From NCBI GenBank assembly GCA_039936375.1, contig JBDTIO010000221.1, forward strand, positions 1 to 35,881: 35,881 bases of DNA, in the 5' to 3' direction. Each line of letters starts with the position of its first letter. Position 1 is the stretch's first letter. Source of the DNA: Caldimonas sp. (GTDB lineage: Bacteria; Pseudomonadota; Gammaproteobacteria; Burkholderiales; Burkholderiaceae_C). Below are positions 9,649-18,561 of the stretch, piece after piece. The position numbers and the translations under genes are program-made. The notes below the pieces were generated by a model. The model was not told where the DNA came from and made no database searches. It saw only the letters and a list, made by a program, of their open reading frames with translations.

Positions 9649-12600
9649 CCGGCTCAGGCAGCCAGCAACTCGCATCGCGCGATGCGAGCCAGGGTGTCGC
9701 GCCTGACGTCTCCGTGCCGACGAACGCCGTTCGGCCATCTGTCGCACACGAATCGGCCGAATCGACGCAACGCTGGCGCGCACTCCTGCTCGCGGTCGCT
9801 TGCTGCTGCGCCGTACTGATGGCCTGGGCGCTGCCTCGCCTGCCTCTGGCCTACGAGCCCGGGCTCGCAGGCGTGCTCGGCGTGACGTACGGCGACGGCG
9901 AAGCCGGACGGCGCTACCCGATCAAGGAGCTGAGCGCGACGTCGCCTCTGCTGCAAGCGGGCGCCCGCGTCGGCGACCGGATCGTGCTTGACGAGCCGAG
10001 CGACAAATGGCGCTTCTACGCGGTCGGCGAGCCGGTCGGCCTGACGCTGTTCCGGGGCGACACGGCGCAGCACCTGCAAGTGCGTGCGGTTGCGGAGCCG
10101 AAGAAAGCCGCGAGTGCGGGGCAGCGCGAGCTCGTCGTACTACTCGGCTTCGCCAGCCAGCTGGCCGCTCTGGCGATCGGTGCCCTGATCGCCTGGCGCC
10201 AAGCGGCGAGCGCGCCATTTCGCGGGCTCGCCATCGCATCGCTTGGCAGCAGCATCATCGGGCTCTACACCTACTGGCCCGGTGGCTTCTTCAACAGCCG
10301 CGTGGCCCCCTTTCTCAACGCCGCCGACTTCTTCGCCGTCTATGCCGGCTTCGTCTACTTCTGCATCGGCTACCCGACGCAGGATCCCCCGAGCCGGGCT
10401 CACGGCGTGCGTCGCGTGTTTCATGTCTATCTGGCGATCTCGGCTCTCTACTGGGCGGCATTCCCGTTCCTGATCCTCGGCGTGCTGCCGCCGTCGCTGC
10501 GAGCCGCGATAACCGTCCTGCCGATCTACGACCTGCTCGCCGTCGTCGCCGTGCTGATCGGCTTGCCGGCGCTCGCCTGGTCTTGGAGCCGCGCCAGCGG
10601 CATCACGCGCGAACGCCTCGCGTGGTTGGGCGTGTGCATCGGTGTCACGGTCGTGCTGAATTCGTTGCCCGATGTCTTCATGGCGTGGCTGCAAGCACGG
10701 GGCTACTCGGACGCTTGGGGCGTCTTGTCGCGCGTCGCCATCTTCGCGGCCACGGCCGGTATCGGCTGGGTGCTGCTGCGCTACCGGCTGATCGGCGTCG
10801 GCTTCGCGCTCAACCGCCTGAGCGTCTACATCGTGCTCGCAGCGATGTGCGTGGCCGCCGCGCTGGCGGCGCAAGCGGCGATGGCGCCTTGGCTCGATGC
10901 CACCCGCACCAGCCAGGCGGTTGCGAGCGGACTCGTCATCGGCGCCGTACTGCTGGCGCTGTTCGCACCGCTGCGCATCGTCTCTGAACGCGTCGTGCAA
11001 CGCCTTCTCTATCCGCGCTGGCGCGCCACGGAAGAGGCGTTGCGGCAGTCGATCGAAGCTGCCGCACAGGTGCGCGGCAGCGATGCGCTGCTGGCGCACT
11101 ACCGAGCCGCGCTTGCGGCTTACACGAACGGTGCCGCCAGCGCGTTCTACGACTGCCGCGACGGCGCGTGTCGCCGCGTCGCCGGCGAGCTGGATGCGCC
11201 GCCGCAGGAGCTCACGCTCGACAGCGCCGACGCCGCGCGCGTGCGGAGCGGGCGCGTGCCGCGCGGCTGGCGGGCGTGGACCGGCGACCACGCGATGATG
11301 TTTCCGGTCACCCATCGCGACCGCCTGACGGCGCTTCTGCTGATGGGTGGCCGTCCCGATGGCCATCAGTACCGGCCCGACGAAATGCGGGCTGTCGCCG
11401 ACGCGGTGGGCAAGCTCGACGACGACCTGCAAGCCGACGCGCAGCGCGCGAATCGCCAGCTACTCGAAGACAAGATGGCGGCAGAGCAGCGGGCACGCGA
11501 GCTGGCCGAGTCGGCCAGCGATGCGAAGAGCGCGTTCCTGGCGACGATGAGCCACGAGATCCGTACGCCGATGAACGGCGTGATCGGCATGAGCGGCTTG
11601 CTCCTCGACTCGCCGTTGAACGATGACCAGCGCGAGGTCGCCACGACGATCCGGGACAGCGGCGAATCGCTCCTGACGATCATCAACGACATTCTCGACT
11701 TGTCCAAGATCGAGGCAGACAGGATGGACGTCGAGGCGCACCCGTTCGAGCTTCGGGAATGTGTCGAATCGGCGCTCGGCCTGATTCGGTCGCGCGCTGA
11801 CGAGAAAGGCGTCGAGCTCTCTGCGACGATCGCCGACAACGTGCCCATCGCTGTCTCGGGCGATGTGACGCGGCTGCGGCAGGTGCTGTTGAACCTGCTG
11901 TCGAACGCCGTGAAGTTCACCGACGGGGGCTCGGTCGCGCTGCGCGTCGAACGCGGCGCTGGCGACGAGCTTCGCTTCGCCGTGCGCGACAGCGGCATCG
12001 GCCTCAGCGAAGCCGGCATCGCCAAGCTGTTCCAGCGCTTCGGTCAGGCCGAGTCGAGCACGACGCGGCGGTACGGCGGCACGGGGCTTGGCCTCGCCAT
12101 CAGCAAGAAGCTCGCGGAGCTGATGGGCGGCACGATGACGGTCGAGAGCGACGGCATCGGTCACGGCTCCACCTTCCGCTTCAGCATTCGGGCGCCGGCT
12201 GCGACGATGCCGGTGTCGCGAGACGTGTCGACGAAGGCCGCGATCGACCTCGCGATGGCCGAGCGCCATCCGCTGCGCATCCTGCTGGCCGAAGACAACG
12301 TCGTGAACCAGAAGCTGGCGATGCGATTGCTGGCACAGATGGGTTATCGCGCCGACCTCGCGCGCAACGGCGTCGAAGTCGTTGCTTCCGTTGAGCGGCA
12401 GCCCTACGACGTCGTGCTTATGGACGTGCAGATGCCCGAGATGGACGGCCTCGAAGCAACGCGGTCGATCGCGGCACGGTGGCCACCGAGCGAACGCCCG
12501 CGCATCGTCGCGATGACCGCCAATGCCATGCAGGGCGACCGCGAGCAGTGCTTGGCCGCAGGGATGGACGACTACGTCACCAAGCCGATCCGCGTCGATC

Positions 12601-12653
12601 AGTTGTTAAGTGCCTTGCTGGCCGCGGTACGTCGCACCGAGGTTGGGTCGTGA
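9645..12653 (+). CDS. Membrane hybrid histidine kinase: TM - PDZ-like - multi-TM - GAF-like - HisKA - HATPase - REC (1002 aa)
   Basis: True start is probably ATG 9645 (ATGA overlap with the upstream stop). [15 protein letters not shown] is PDZ-like; many hydrophobic helices follow; [11 protein letters not shown]; one REC domain. Confidence 0.9.
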   Translation: MTGSGSQQLASRDASQGVAPDVSVPTNAVRPSVAHESAESTQRWRALLLAVACCCAVLMAWALPRLPLAYEPGLAGVLGVTYGDGEAGRRYPIKELSATSPLLQAGARVGDRIVLDEPSDKWRFYAVGEPVGLTLFRGDTAQHLQVRAVAEPKKAASAGQRELVVLLGFASQLAALAIGALIAWRQAASAPFRGLAIASLGSSIIGLYTYWPGGFFNSRVAPFLNAADFFAVYAGFVYFCIGYPTQDPPSRAHGVRRVFHVYLAISALYWAAFPFLILGVLPPSLRAAITVLPIYDLLAVVAVLIGLPALAWSWSRASGITRERLAWLGVCIGVTVVLNSLPDVFMAWLQARGYSDAWGVLSRVAIFAATAGIGWVLLRYRLIGVGFALNRLSVYIVLAAMCVAAALAAQAAMAPWLDATRTSQAVASGLVIGAVLLALFAPLRIVSERVVQRLLYPRWRATEEALRQSIEAAAQVRGSDALLAHYRAALAAYTNGAASAFYDCRDGACRRVAGELDAPPQELTLDSADAARVRSGRVPRGWRAWTGDHAMMFPVTHRDRLTALLLMGGRPDGHQYRPDEMRAVADAVGKLDDDLQADAQRANRQLLEDKMAAEQRARELAESASDAKSAFLATMSHEIRTPMNGVIGMSGLLLDSPLNDDQREVATTIRDSGESLLTIINDILDLSKIEADRMDVEAHPFELRECVESALGLIRSRADEKGVELSATIADNVPIAVSGDVTRLRQVLLNLLSNAVKFTDGGSVALRVERGAGDELRFAVRDSGIGLSEAGIAKLFQRFGQAESSTTRRYGGTGLGLAISKKLAELMGGTMTVESDGIGHGSTFRFSIRAPAATMPVSRDVSTKAAIDLAMAERHPLRILLAEDNVVNQKLAMRLLAQMGYRADLARNGVEVVASVERQPYDVVLMDVQMPEMDGLEATRSIAARWPPSERPRIVAMTANAMQGDREQCLAAGMDDYVTKPIRVDQLLSALLAAVRRTEVGS
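9653..9691 (+). repeat. Direct repeat with 12661-12699
   Basis: ctcaggcagccagcaactcgcatcgcgcgatgcgagcca vs ctcaggcatccagcaagtcgcaacgcgcgatacgggcca, 34/39 identical. Confidence 0.85.
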
Positions 12654-12909
12654 CGACCCACTCAGGCATCCAGCAAGTCGCAACGCGCGATACGGGCCAA
12701 CCTGTCCCCGATGGTCTCTCGTGCCATCGCGGTGTCGTCGTTGCGTGGCCGCGCAGCGAGAATGTCCTTCAGTGATAGTCGACGATTTCGACGTCGTGGG
12801 CGTGGTCAAGCGTGAATATGAATGAGACATCGCCGATCCGATCCGCAACGACAAGCTGATCGAATCGCTTGCCCGCGTGACCGCCCGCCCCGAACTCCAG
12901 GACCGATGA
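12650..12909 (+). pseudogene. Collapsed remnant of a third hybrid kinase gene (5' and 3' ends only)
   Basis: GTG 12650 reads [14 protein letters not shown], like the HK2 N-terminus [13 protein letters not shown]. 12838-12909 reads PIRNDKLIESLARVTARPELQDR*, like the HK C-termini, and overlaps the hpt start as ATGA. Confidence 0.65.
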
Positions 12910-13247
12910 CCATGACCGACGCCGTGATCGACCCGCACACCTTCGACGAGCTGCAGGCCAACGCCGGTGCCGACTTCGTCGCCGAGCTCGTGGACACCTT
13001 CGCCGAAGAGGCGCCGCAGCTGCTGGCCGAGATGCGCGGCGCGCTCGCCGCCGGCTCGGCCGAACGCTTTCGGCGCGCCGCGCATTCGCTCAAGAGCAAC
13101 AGCAGCACCTTCGGAGCAGAGCGGCTGGCGGCGATGGCGCGCGGCCTCGAGCTCGGCGGTCTGCCCGTCGACGCGAGCGGTGTCGATGCCGTGGCCCGGG
13201 AATGTGAGACGACTCTCGCGACCTTGCAGGCGCTGGCCCGGCCATGA
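12906..13247 (+). CDS. Stand-alone Hpt phosphotransfer protein
   Basis: DFVAELVDTFAEEAP...RRAAHSLKSNSSTFGA Hpt motif. Start is 12906 or 12912. Confidence 0.92.
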   Translation: MTMTDAVIDPHTFDELQANAGADFVAELVDTFAEEAPQLLAEMRGALAAGSAERFRRAAHSLKSNSSTFGAERLAAMARGLELGGLPVDASGVDAVARECETTLATLQALARP

Positions 13248-13281
13248 GCGCGCAGGGTCGCATCGCACGAAGGGGGTTGCG

Positions 13282-14706
13282 ATGAGCGCGAGCGAGCCCG
13301 TGTCCCCCGGTGTCCGGTTCGGCCGCTTCGAGATCCTGACAGCGGAGCGTCGGCTCCACGTCGATGGAAAGCCGGTCGCGCTCGGCAGCCGCGCCTTCGA
13401 TCTGCTGGCGGCCCTGGTGGCGCGGCGCGATCGCGTCGTCTCCAAGGATGAGCTCATGGAGGTCGTGTGGCCGGGCCTCGTCGTCGAGGACAACAACCTG
13501 CAGGTGCAGATCTCGGCCCTGCGCAAGGTGCTGGGAACGCAGTCGATCGCCACGGTGGCGGGGCGCGGCTACCAGTTCACTGTCGCGGCGCCCATGGCGA
13601 ATGTGCCGGCGGCGCTCCTCGTGAGCGAAGCGCGCGCGGTACGCCGGCCCATGCCCACGGGCACGACCATGACGCGACCGTCGCGACTGCTCGTGGCCGA
13701 CGACAACAAGGTCAACCGCCTGCTGCTCTGCCGCTCGCTCGAACTCATGGGGCACGACGTGGCGAGCGCCGACAACGGCCGCACCGCGCTCGAGAAATTG
13801 CGCGGCGAGCACTTCGACCTGCTGCTGCTCGATCTCGAGATGCCGGAGATCGATGGCTTCGGCTTGCTCGAGCAGCGCGCGGGCGATGCCACGTTGCGCG
13901 ACGTGCCGGTGATCGTGACCAGCTCGCTCGAGGGCGCGGCGCCCGTCGCGCGCTGTATCGAGCTGGGCGCAGACGACTATCTGCACAAGCCCGTGAACCC
14001 GGTGCTTCTGCAGGCTCGCGTCGACTCCAGCCTGGAGCGCAAGCGTCTGCGTGACCACGAGCGCGAATTGCTGGCCCGCCTGTCGCTCGGCGCGGCGGAT
14101 ACGCCGCAAGGGCCCGGCGCAGCGGCAGACGGCCACCGTGTCCAAGCGACGCTGCTGGTGGCGCAGCTGTCGGGCGCCGAGGCGCTGATGGCGGCGCTGT
14201 CGCCGGCAGACGCAATGGAGCTCCTGAGCAACTGGACGACGCTGATGCTCGACGCGATCGAGGGACACGGCGGCCGCGTGACTCAGCTGACCGGCGCCAC
14301 CCTGGTTGCCGTGTTCGGCACCGGAGCATCGGCGAACGATGGCGCCGATGCGCCAGCGTCGGCCGCGCAGGCCGCGCTCGAGATGGTCCAGCTGGCCGCG
14401 ATGTTCAACGCCGAGCGATCGGCATCGGGCAAGGAGGCCGTCGTCGCCGGCATCGGCATCGCCAGCGGCGAGGTGCTCGCCGGCAACGCCGGCACGCCGC
14501 GCCGCGCCGCCTACGTGTGCATTGGCGCCGCCGCGCAGCGCGCGGCGCAGCTCGCGGCGCTCGTGCCAAGACAGGGTGGCCCGATACTGGTCGACGCTGC
14601 GACCCATGCGGCACTGGCCGGCCGCGTGGCGGCCGACGCCGTCCCGGCGACGCTGCTCGCGGGCAGCTCGAAAGCGGCGCCGGCATACGCCTTGAAGGCG
14701 GCCTGA
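13282..14706 (+). CDS. OmpR-type winged-helix + REC + degenerate class III nucleotide cyclase domain protein
   Basis: RFGRFEI...LGSRAFDLL...VSKDELMEVVWPGLVVEDNNLQVQISALRKVLG...TVAGRGY (Trans_reg_C); VADDN..LLDLEMP..KP (REC); C-terminal cyclase-like fold with GIGIASGEVLAGNAG. Confidence 0.88.
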   Translation: MSASEPVSPGVRFGRFEILTAERRLHVDGKPVALGSRAFDLLAALVARRDRVVSKDELMEVVWPGLVVEDNNLQVQISALRKVLGTQSIATVAGRGYQFTVAAPMANVPAALLVSEARAVRRPMPTGTTMTRPSRLLVADDNKVNRLLLCRSLELMGHDVASADNGRTALEKLRGEHFDLLLLDLEMPEIDGFGLLEQRAGDATLRDVPVIVTSSLEGAAPVARCIELGADDYLHKPVNPVLLQARVDSSLERKRLRDHERELLARLSLGAADTPQGPGAAADGHRVQATLLVAQLSGAEALMAALSPADAMELLSNWTTLMLDAIEGHGGRVTQLTGATLVAVFGTGASANDGADAPASAAQAALEMVQLAAMFNAERSASGKEAVVAGIGIASGEVLAGNAGTPRRAAYVCIGAAAQRAAQLAALVPRQGGPILVDAATHAALAGRVAADAVPATLLAGSSKAAPAYALKAA

Positions 14707-14724
14707 TCGGCCACCGGCATCGGC

Positions 14725-14928
14725 CTACTTGCTCTCGCTGACGACATCGTTAGACGCGACCGCCAGCGCCGTCGGCGCGAGCGGCAGATTTTCGATGCGC
14801 TGGTTCTTCGCCATCAGGACGCTGCGCTGCGGCTCGGCGATGGAGACCACGGCGCTGAGCAGCAGAAAGGTGATGGCGGCGGCGGTGGCGGCGGAAATCA
14901 GGCGGGCGGTAAGGGTCAGGCGGTTCAT
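14725..14928 (-). CDS. Small hydrophobic/secreted protein B (67 aa)
   Basis: RBS GGAG, then MNRLTLTARLISAATAAAITFLLLSAVVSIAEPQRSVLMAK... Paralog of 3173-3322. Confidence 0.8.
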   Translation of the reverse strand: MNRLTLTARLISAATAAAITFLLLSAVVSIAEPQRSVLMAKNQRIENLPLAPTALAVASNDVVSESK

Positions 14929-14950
14929 GGTGGGCTCCGTTCGGGGTGAG

Positions 14951-15032
14951 GCGTTGTCGATGGATGGACTGTCGCCCGGCAACCCCTTAAGAGTCCTTTG
15001 CCGCGATGAATTCGGCCTGAAGCGTTGTGAAA
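14951..15032 (-). promoter_or_regulatory. Conserved upstream element, copy B
   Basis: Reverse complement tttcacaacgcttcaggccgaattcatcgcggcaaaggact...ccgggcgacagtccatccatcgacaacgc matches 3063-3144. Confidence 0.75.
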
Positions 15033-15100
15033 CGCAGCGATCGCTGCGACGTAACATTCGGTTCACCGCTCGCGCAAGCGTTTCACCGGCGCCGCATTCC

Positions 15101-15247
15101 GTGTCGACCCAAGCCCTCATCCTCGAACGTTTCCCTTCGCTCAGCCCGACGCTGCAGATGGAAAGTCAGCTCGACGAGGGGGTCGACAAGCTCGCCGGCG
15201 CCATCGACACGGCGCTGTGCGACGCGCTCGCGAAGCAGGCCGCGTGA
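15101..15247 (+). pseudogene. Possible deletion-fusion scar: RpiR/MurR-like N-terminus joined to a class III aminotransferase-like C-terminus
   Basis: MSTQALILERFPSLSPTLQ resembles an RpiR HTH start; MESQLDEGVDKLAGAIDTAL resembles the last helix of class III aminotransferases. Resemblance judged by eye only. Confidence 0.5.
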
Positions 15248-15254
15248 GCGACGC

Positions 15255-15815
15255 GTGAGCTCCGACCGCCTGCCGCCGATTGCGGCGCCGCAATGGAGCG
15301 ACGCGCAGCGGCGCGGCGCCGAGGAGATCATCGGCGGGCCGCGCGGTGCGCTGGTGGCCCCCTTCGTGCCGTTGCTGCGCAGCCCCGAGCTGATGACGCA
15401 CGCGCAGCGCATGGGCGAGTACCTGCGCTATCGCAGCGCCATCGGCCAGCGGCTGTCGGAGCTGGCGATCCTGGTGACGGCTCGGCACTGGTCGCAACCG
15501 GTCGAGTGGGCGATGCACGCGCCGATCGCGCTGCGCGAAGGCATTGCCGCGAGCATCGTCGACGCCATCGCGAACGGGCAGCGGCCCACGGCGATGAGCG
15601 CCGACGAAGCCGCCGTCCACGACTTCTGCGTCGAGCTCCATCGCGACAAGACGGTGAGCGACGCGACCTGGGCGGACGCAGTGGCGCGCTTCGGCGAGAC
15701 CGGCGTCGTCGACCTCATCGGCATCAACGGCTACTACGCGTTGCTCTCGATGGTGATGAACGCGGCGCGAACGCCGGCACCGGCTTCGACGGTCGCGGCG
15801 CTGCCGCGGCTGTAG
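15255..15815 (+). CDS. Carboxymuconolactone decarboxylase (AhpD-like) family protein
   Basis: GPRGALVAPFVPLLRSPEL, RLSELAILVTARHWSQPVEWAMH, GVVDLIGINGYY. GTG start at 15255. Confidence 0.88.
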   Translation: MSSDRLPPIAAPQWSDAQRRGAEEIIGGPRGALVAPFVPLLRSPELMTHAQRMGEYLRYRSAIGQRLSELAILVTARHWSQPVEWAMHAPIALREGIAASIVDAIANGQRPTAMSADEAAVHDFCVELHRDKTVSDATWADAVARFGETGVVDLIGINGYYALLSMVMNAARTPAPASTVAALPRL

Positions 15816-15835
15816 GAGCAGCGGCGGCCCGACGC

Positions 15836-16771
15836 TCAGCCCAGGATCGCGTCGTACTTGCCTGGCCAGAAAGAAGGCTCGGGCACATCGCCGAATCCGG
15901 CGGCGGCGTTGTCGGCCATGTGCTCGCGCCGCCGCGTGCCCGGGATCGCGCAGGTCACTGCCGGCTGGCTGAGCACGAACTTGAGGAGCACCTGCGGCCA
16001 GCTCGTGCAGCCGATCTCGGGGGCCCACGCCGGCAGCCGCTTGGCCAGCACGGTGCGCAACAACCCGCCGCCGCCGAACGGCAGGTTCACGATCACCGCT
16101 ACGCCGCGATCGGCGGCGAGCGGCAGCAACCGCCGCTCCGCCTCGCGGCCGTCGAGCGCATAGTTGATCTGCAGGAAGTCGAGCGGCTCGCTGCGCAGCA
16201 CGGACTCGACCTGCGCGTAAGCCGACGCGCGGTAGTGCGTGATGCCGAGATAGCGGATGCGCCGCTCCTCCTTCCAGCGCCTGAGCGTGGCCAGCTGGGT
16301 GCGCCAATCGACGAGGTTGTGGATCTGCATGAGATCGACCCGGTCGGTGCGCAACAGGCGCAGCGACGCTTCCATCTGGCGCACGCCTTCGGCGCGGCCG
16401 GTGGTCCATACCTTGGTGGCGAGGAAGGCCTCGTCTCGGCGGCCGCTCGCGGCCAGCAGCTCTCCGGTCGTCGCCTCGGCGCGGCCGTACATCGGCGAGC
16501 TGTCGAGCACCTTGCCGCCGGCGTCGAACAAGGCCTCGACGACGCCGGGCAACAGTGCGTAGCCGGGCGAGCCGGGCACCTGGTCGAAACCGACGTAGGT
16601 GCCGCAGCCGATGACCGACAGCGCCTCGCCGGTGGCGGGAATGGGACGAGTGTTCATGGGGCGGCGTGGGGTGGAGGGGGCGGCGAGGGCGCGGTTTGAC
16701 AGCGCCGCCGCCGGCAGCGCGGCGGCGTGCAGCAGGTGGCGGCGGACCGGATCGAACGCGCGATGATTCAT
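15836..16771 (-). CDS. Aldo/keto reductase with a possible Tat signal
   Basis: RRHLL leader; DSSPMYGRAE, FLATKVW, DLMQIHNL, IRYLGIT, AIPGT. Confidence 0.92.
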   Translation of the reverse strand: MNHRAFDPVRRHLLHAAALPAAALSNRALAAPSTPRRPMNTRPIPATGEALSVIGCGTYVGFDQVPGSPGYALLPGVVEALFDAGGKVLDSSPMYGRAEATTGELLAASGRRDEAFLATKVWTTGRAEGVRQMEASLRLLRTDRVDLMQIHNLVDWRTQLATLRRWKEERRIRYLGITHYRASAYAQVESVLRSEPLDFLQINYALDGREAERRLLPLAADRGVAVIVNLPFGGGGLLRTVLAKRLPAWAPEIGCTSWPQVLLKFVLSQPAVTCAIPGTRRREHMADNAAAGFGDVPEPSFWPGKYDAILG

Positions 16772-16825
16772 CCGTCAACCATCCTGACCATGCCAACATC
16801 TTGGCGCAATCTTCCCGACCCTTCC

Positions 16826-17287
16826 ATGAGCCTGCAATCCGTTCGCATCTTTCTCGCCGAGCACGCCCCCGATGTGGAGATCCTCGTCGCGCCGACCAGC
16901 ACTGCGACCGTCGCGCTCGCCGCCGAAGCGCATGGCGTTGCGCCGGGGCAGATCGCCAAGACGCTGTCGCTGCGCCTGGGCGCAGAAGTCATCCTGCTCG
17001 TGATGCGCGGCGACGCGCGTCTCGACAACCGCAAGTACAAGGACCGCTTCGGGGCCAAGGCCAAGATGCTCGATGCGGCAGAGGTGGAAGAGGCCACCGG
17101 CCATCCGGTCGGCGGTGTCTGTCCGTTCGGTCTCGTGCGCCCGCTTCGCATCTATGCCGACGTGTCGCTACGCGCCTTCGACATCGTCGTGCCGGCGGCC
17201 GGCGACACGCATGCGGCGCTGCGCATCGCGCCGGAGCGGTTGGCGCAACTCGCCGAGGCCGAGTGGGTCGATGTCGCCCAAGCCTGA
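16826..17287 (+). CDS. YbaK/EbsC family aminoacyl-tRNA deacylase-like protein
   Basis: TATVALAA, QIAKTL, ATGHPVGGVCPFG, PAAG motifs. Confidence 0.92.
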   Translation: MSLQSVRIFLAEHAPDVEILVAPTSTATVALAAEAHGVAPGQIAKTLSLRLGAEVILLVMRGDARLDNRKYKDRFGAKAKMLDAAEVEEATGHPVGGVCPFGLVRPLRIYADVSLRAFDIVVPAAGDTHAALRIAPERLAQLAEAEWVDVAQA

Positions 17288-17438
17288 CTGGCCGACAGCG
17301 CCTCTCTTCATCGCCCTGTGGCCCGACACCGCCATGCGGGCGCGGCTTGCCGCCTTTCGCGGTGCGTGGCGCTGGCCGCCCAACGCCCGACCCGCCGGGC
17401 GCAGTGCTCCTCGAGCTCGAGCGGGTCTGCGCTGCTAG
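17271..17438 (+). pseudogene. N-terminal fragment of an RNA 2',3'-cyclic phosphodiesterase (ThpR / 2'-5' RNA ligase)
   Basis: LFIALWPDTAMRARLAAFRGAWRWPPNARP matches the ThpR N-terminus, but the frame diverges before the first HxT motif and stops. Confidence 0.6.
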
Positions 17439-17471
17439 AGTTCCGCGCGATAAACAGAGGAGGATCAGTAC

Positions 17472-18077
17472 ATGCAGAAACGTCAATTCCTGAGCGCCGC
17501 GATGATGAGCGCGATGACCGGCATGGGCGCGCTGCCTTCGTCGGCGGCGGCGCAGAACGGCGCCAGGAACGCACGCGGGCCGACGCTGCTCACGGTGAGC
17601 GGGCAGATCGGCGCCGGCAACCGCGGCCCGTTCGATTCGCTGCTCGACGTGTTGATGGCCAAGCAGAAGCTCTCGTTCACGAAGGCGCAGACCTTCGACT
17701 TCGCCGCCATCACCGCGCTGCCCTCCATCACCATCAAGCCGACGCTCGAATACGACAGCAAGCCGCACACGCTCAGCGGGCCCCTGCTGACGGACGTGAT
17801 GAAGGCCTGCGGCGTCAAGATCACTGCCAAGACGGCGTTCTTCCTGCGCGCCATCGACGGCTACGCGGCACACATCTCGGCCAGCGAGGCCGGCGAACGC
17901 CGTTTCATCGTTGCGACGCATCTCGACGGTCACCCCATGGCCCTCGGTGGCCTGGGCCCGCTCTGGGCACTCTACGAGCCCGATCGATTTCCCGACATGG
18001 CGGCCAAGCCATTGCCCGATCGATTCGGCTCATGCCCTTGGGCCACGTACCACATCGAGGTCAAGGAAGAAGCCTGA
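17472..18077 (+). CDS. Exported molybdopterin-oxidoreductase-like domain protein
   Basis: RBS GGAGG; Tat-like KRQFL; GPTLLTVSGQI, GPLLTDVM, LRAIDGY, LGGLGPLWALY. Confidence 0.75.
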   Translation: MQKRQFLSAAMMSAMTGMGALPSSAAAQNGARNARGPTLLTVSGQIGAGNRGPFDSLLDVLMAKQKLSFTKAQTFDFAAITALPSITIKPTLEYDSKPHTLSGPLLTDVMKACGVKITAKTAFFLRAIDGYAAHISASEAGERRFIVATHLDGHPMALGGLGPLWALYEPDRFPDMAAKPLPDRFGSCPWATYHIEVKEEA

Positions 18078-18108
18078 GTGTCGCGGCCGGGTGGATGGCG
18101 CCCACCGA

Positions 18109-18405
18109 CTAGATCGTGTCGTAGGTCCCGAACAGCTGGAGGTCGGACAAGGCTTCGACCGTGATCAACGACCCATAGATGTCTACCGAACGCCCGTTGG
18201 GCAGATCAAACGATTCATTGACGGTCCACCACCAGACTGACCGTGCACTTCGTATGGTCATGATGCTCGGGCCTGCCAACTCCGAGCCGTGTCCGTCGTT
18301 GGTGATGCGGTACAGCCGGTTCGGCACCGAATTGGCAATGACCTGAGTCCAACCCGAGCTGTCAGTGCCGCCGCTGTTGAGTAGGTGGATCTTTCCTGGC
18401 TCCAT
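18109..18405 (-). CDS. Hypothetical protein (98 aa)
   Basis: GAGG RBS before ATG 18405; fills an intergenic gap; visibly lower GC than its neighbours. Confidence 0.6.
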   Translation of the reverse strand: MEPGKIHLLNSGGTDSSGWTQVIANSVPNRLYRITNDGHGSELAGPSIMTIRSARSVWWWTVNESFDLPNGRSVDIYGSLITVEALSDLQLFGTYDTI

Positions 18406-18561
18406 GGCGCGGTCCTCGGGTCTCTGTTGAAGAGCCATCGATCCTAAACACTCCTCGACGCCAAGTCCGGATTTGTCAATCTGTTCCACTGGGCGCTGCG
18501 CCGACCGGCGGAGAGCCTGGGAGCGCCGAGAGCGCAATAAGATGTCTGTCGTGAGCAGCCC

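Noticed and set aside
3016-9783. Long minus-strand ORFs (518, 1042, 629 aa) and similar shadow ORFs throughout the window
   Set aside because: They are antisense to well-supported genes, a typical high-GC artefact, and show no motifs.
3063-15032. Inverted copies read as transposon or MITE terminal repeats
   Set aside because: No transposase or target duplication was seen, and the repeats run into an RBS and ORF like promoters.
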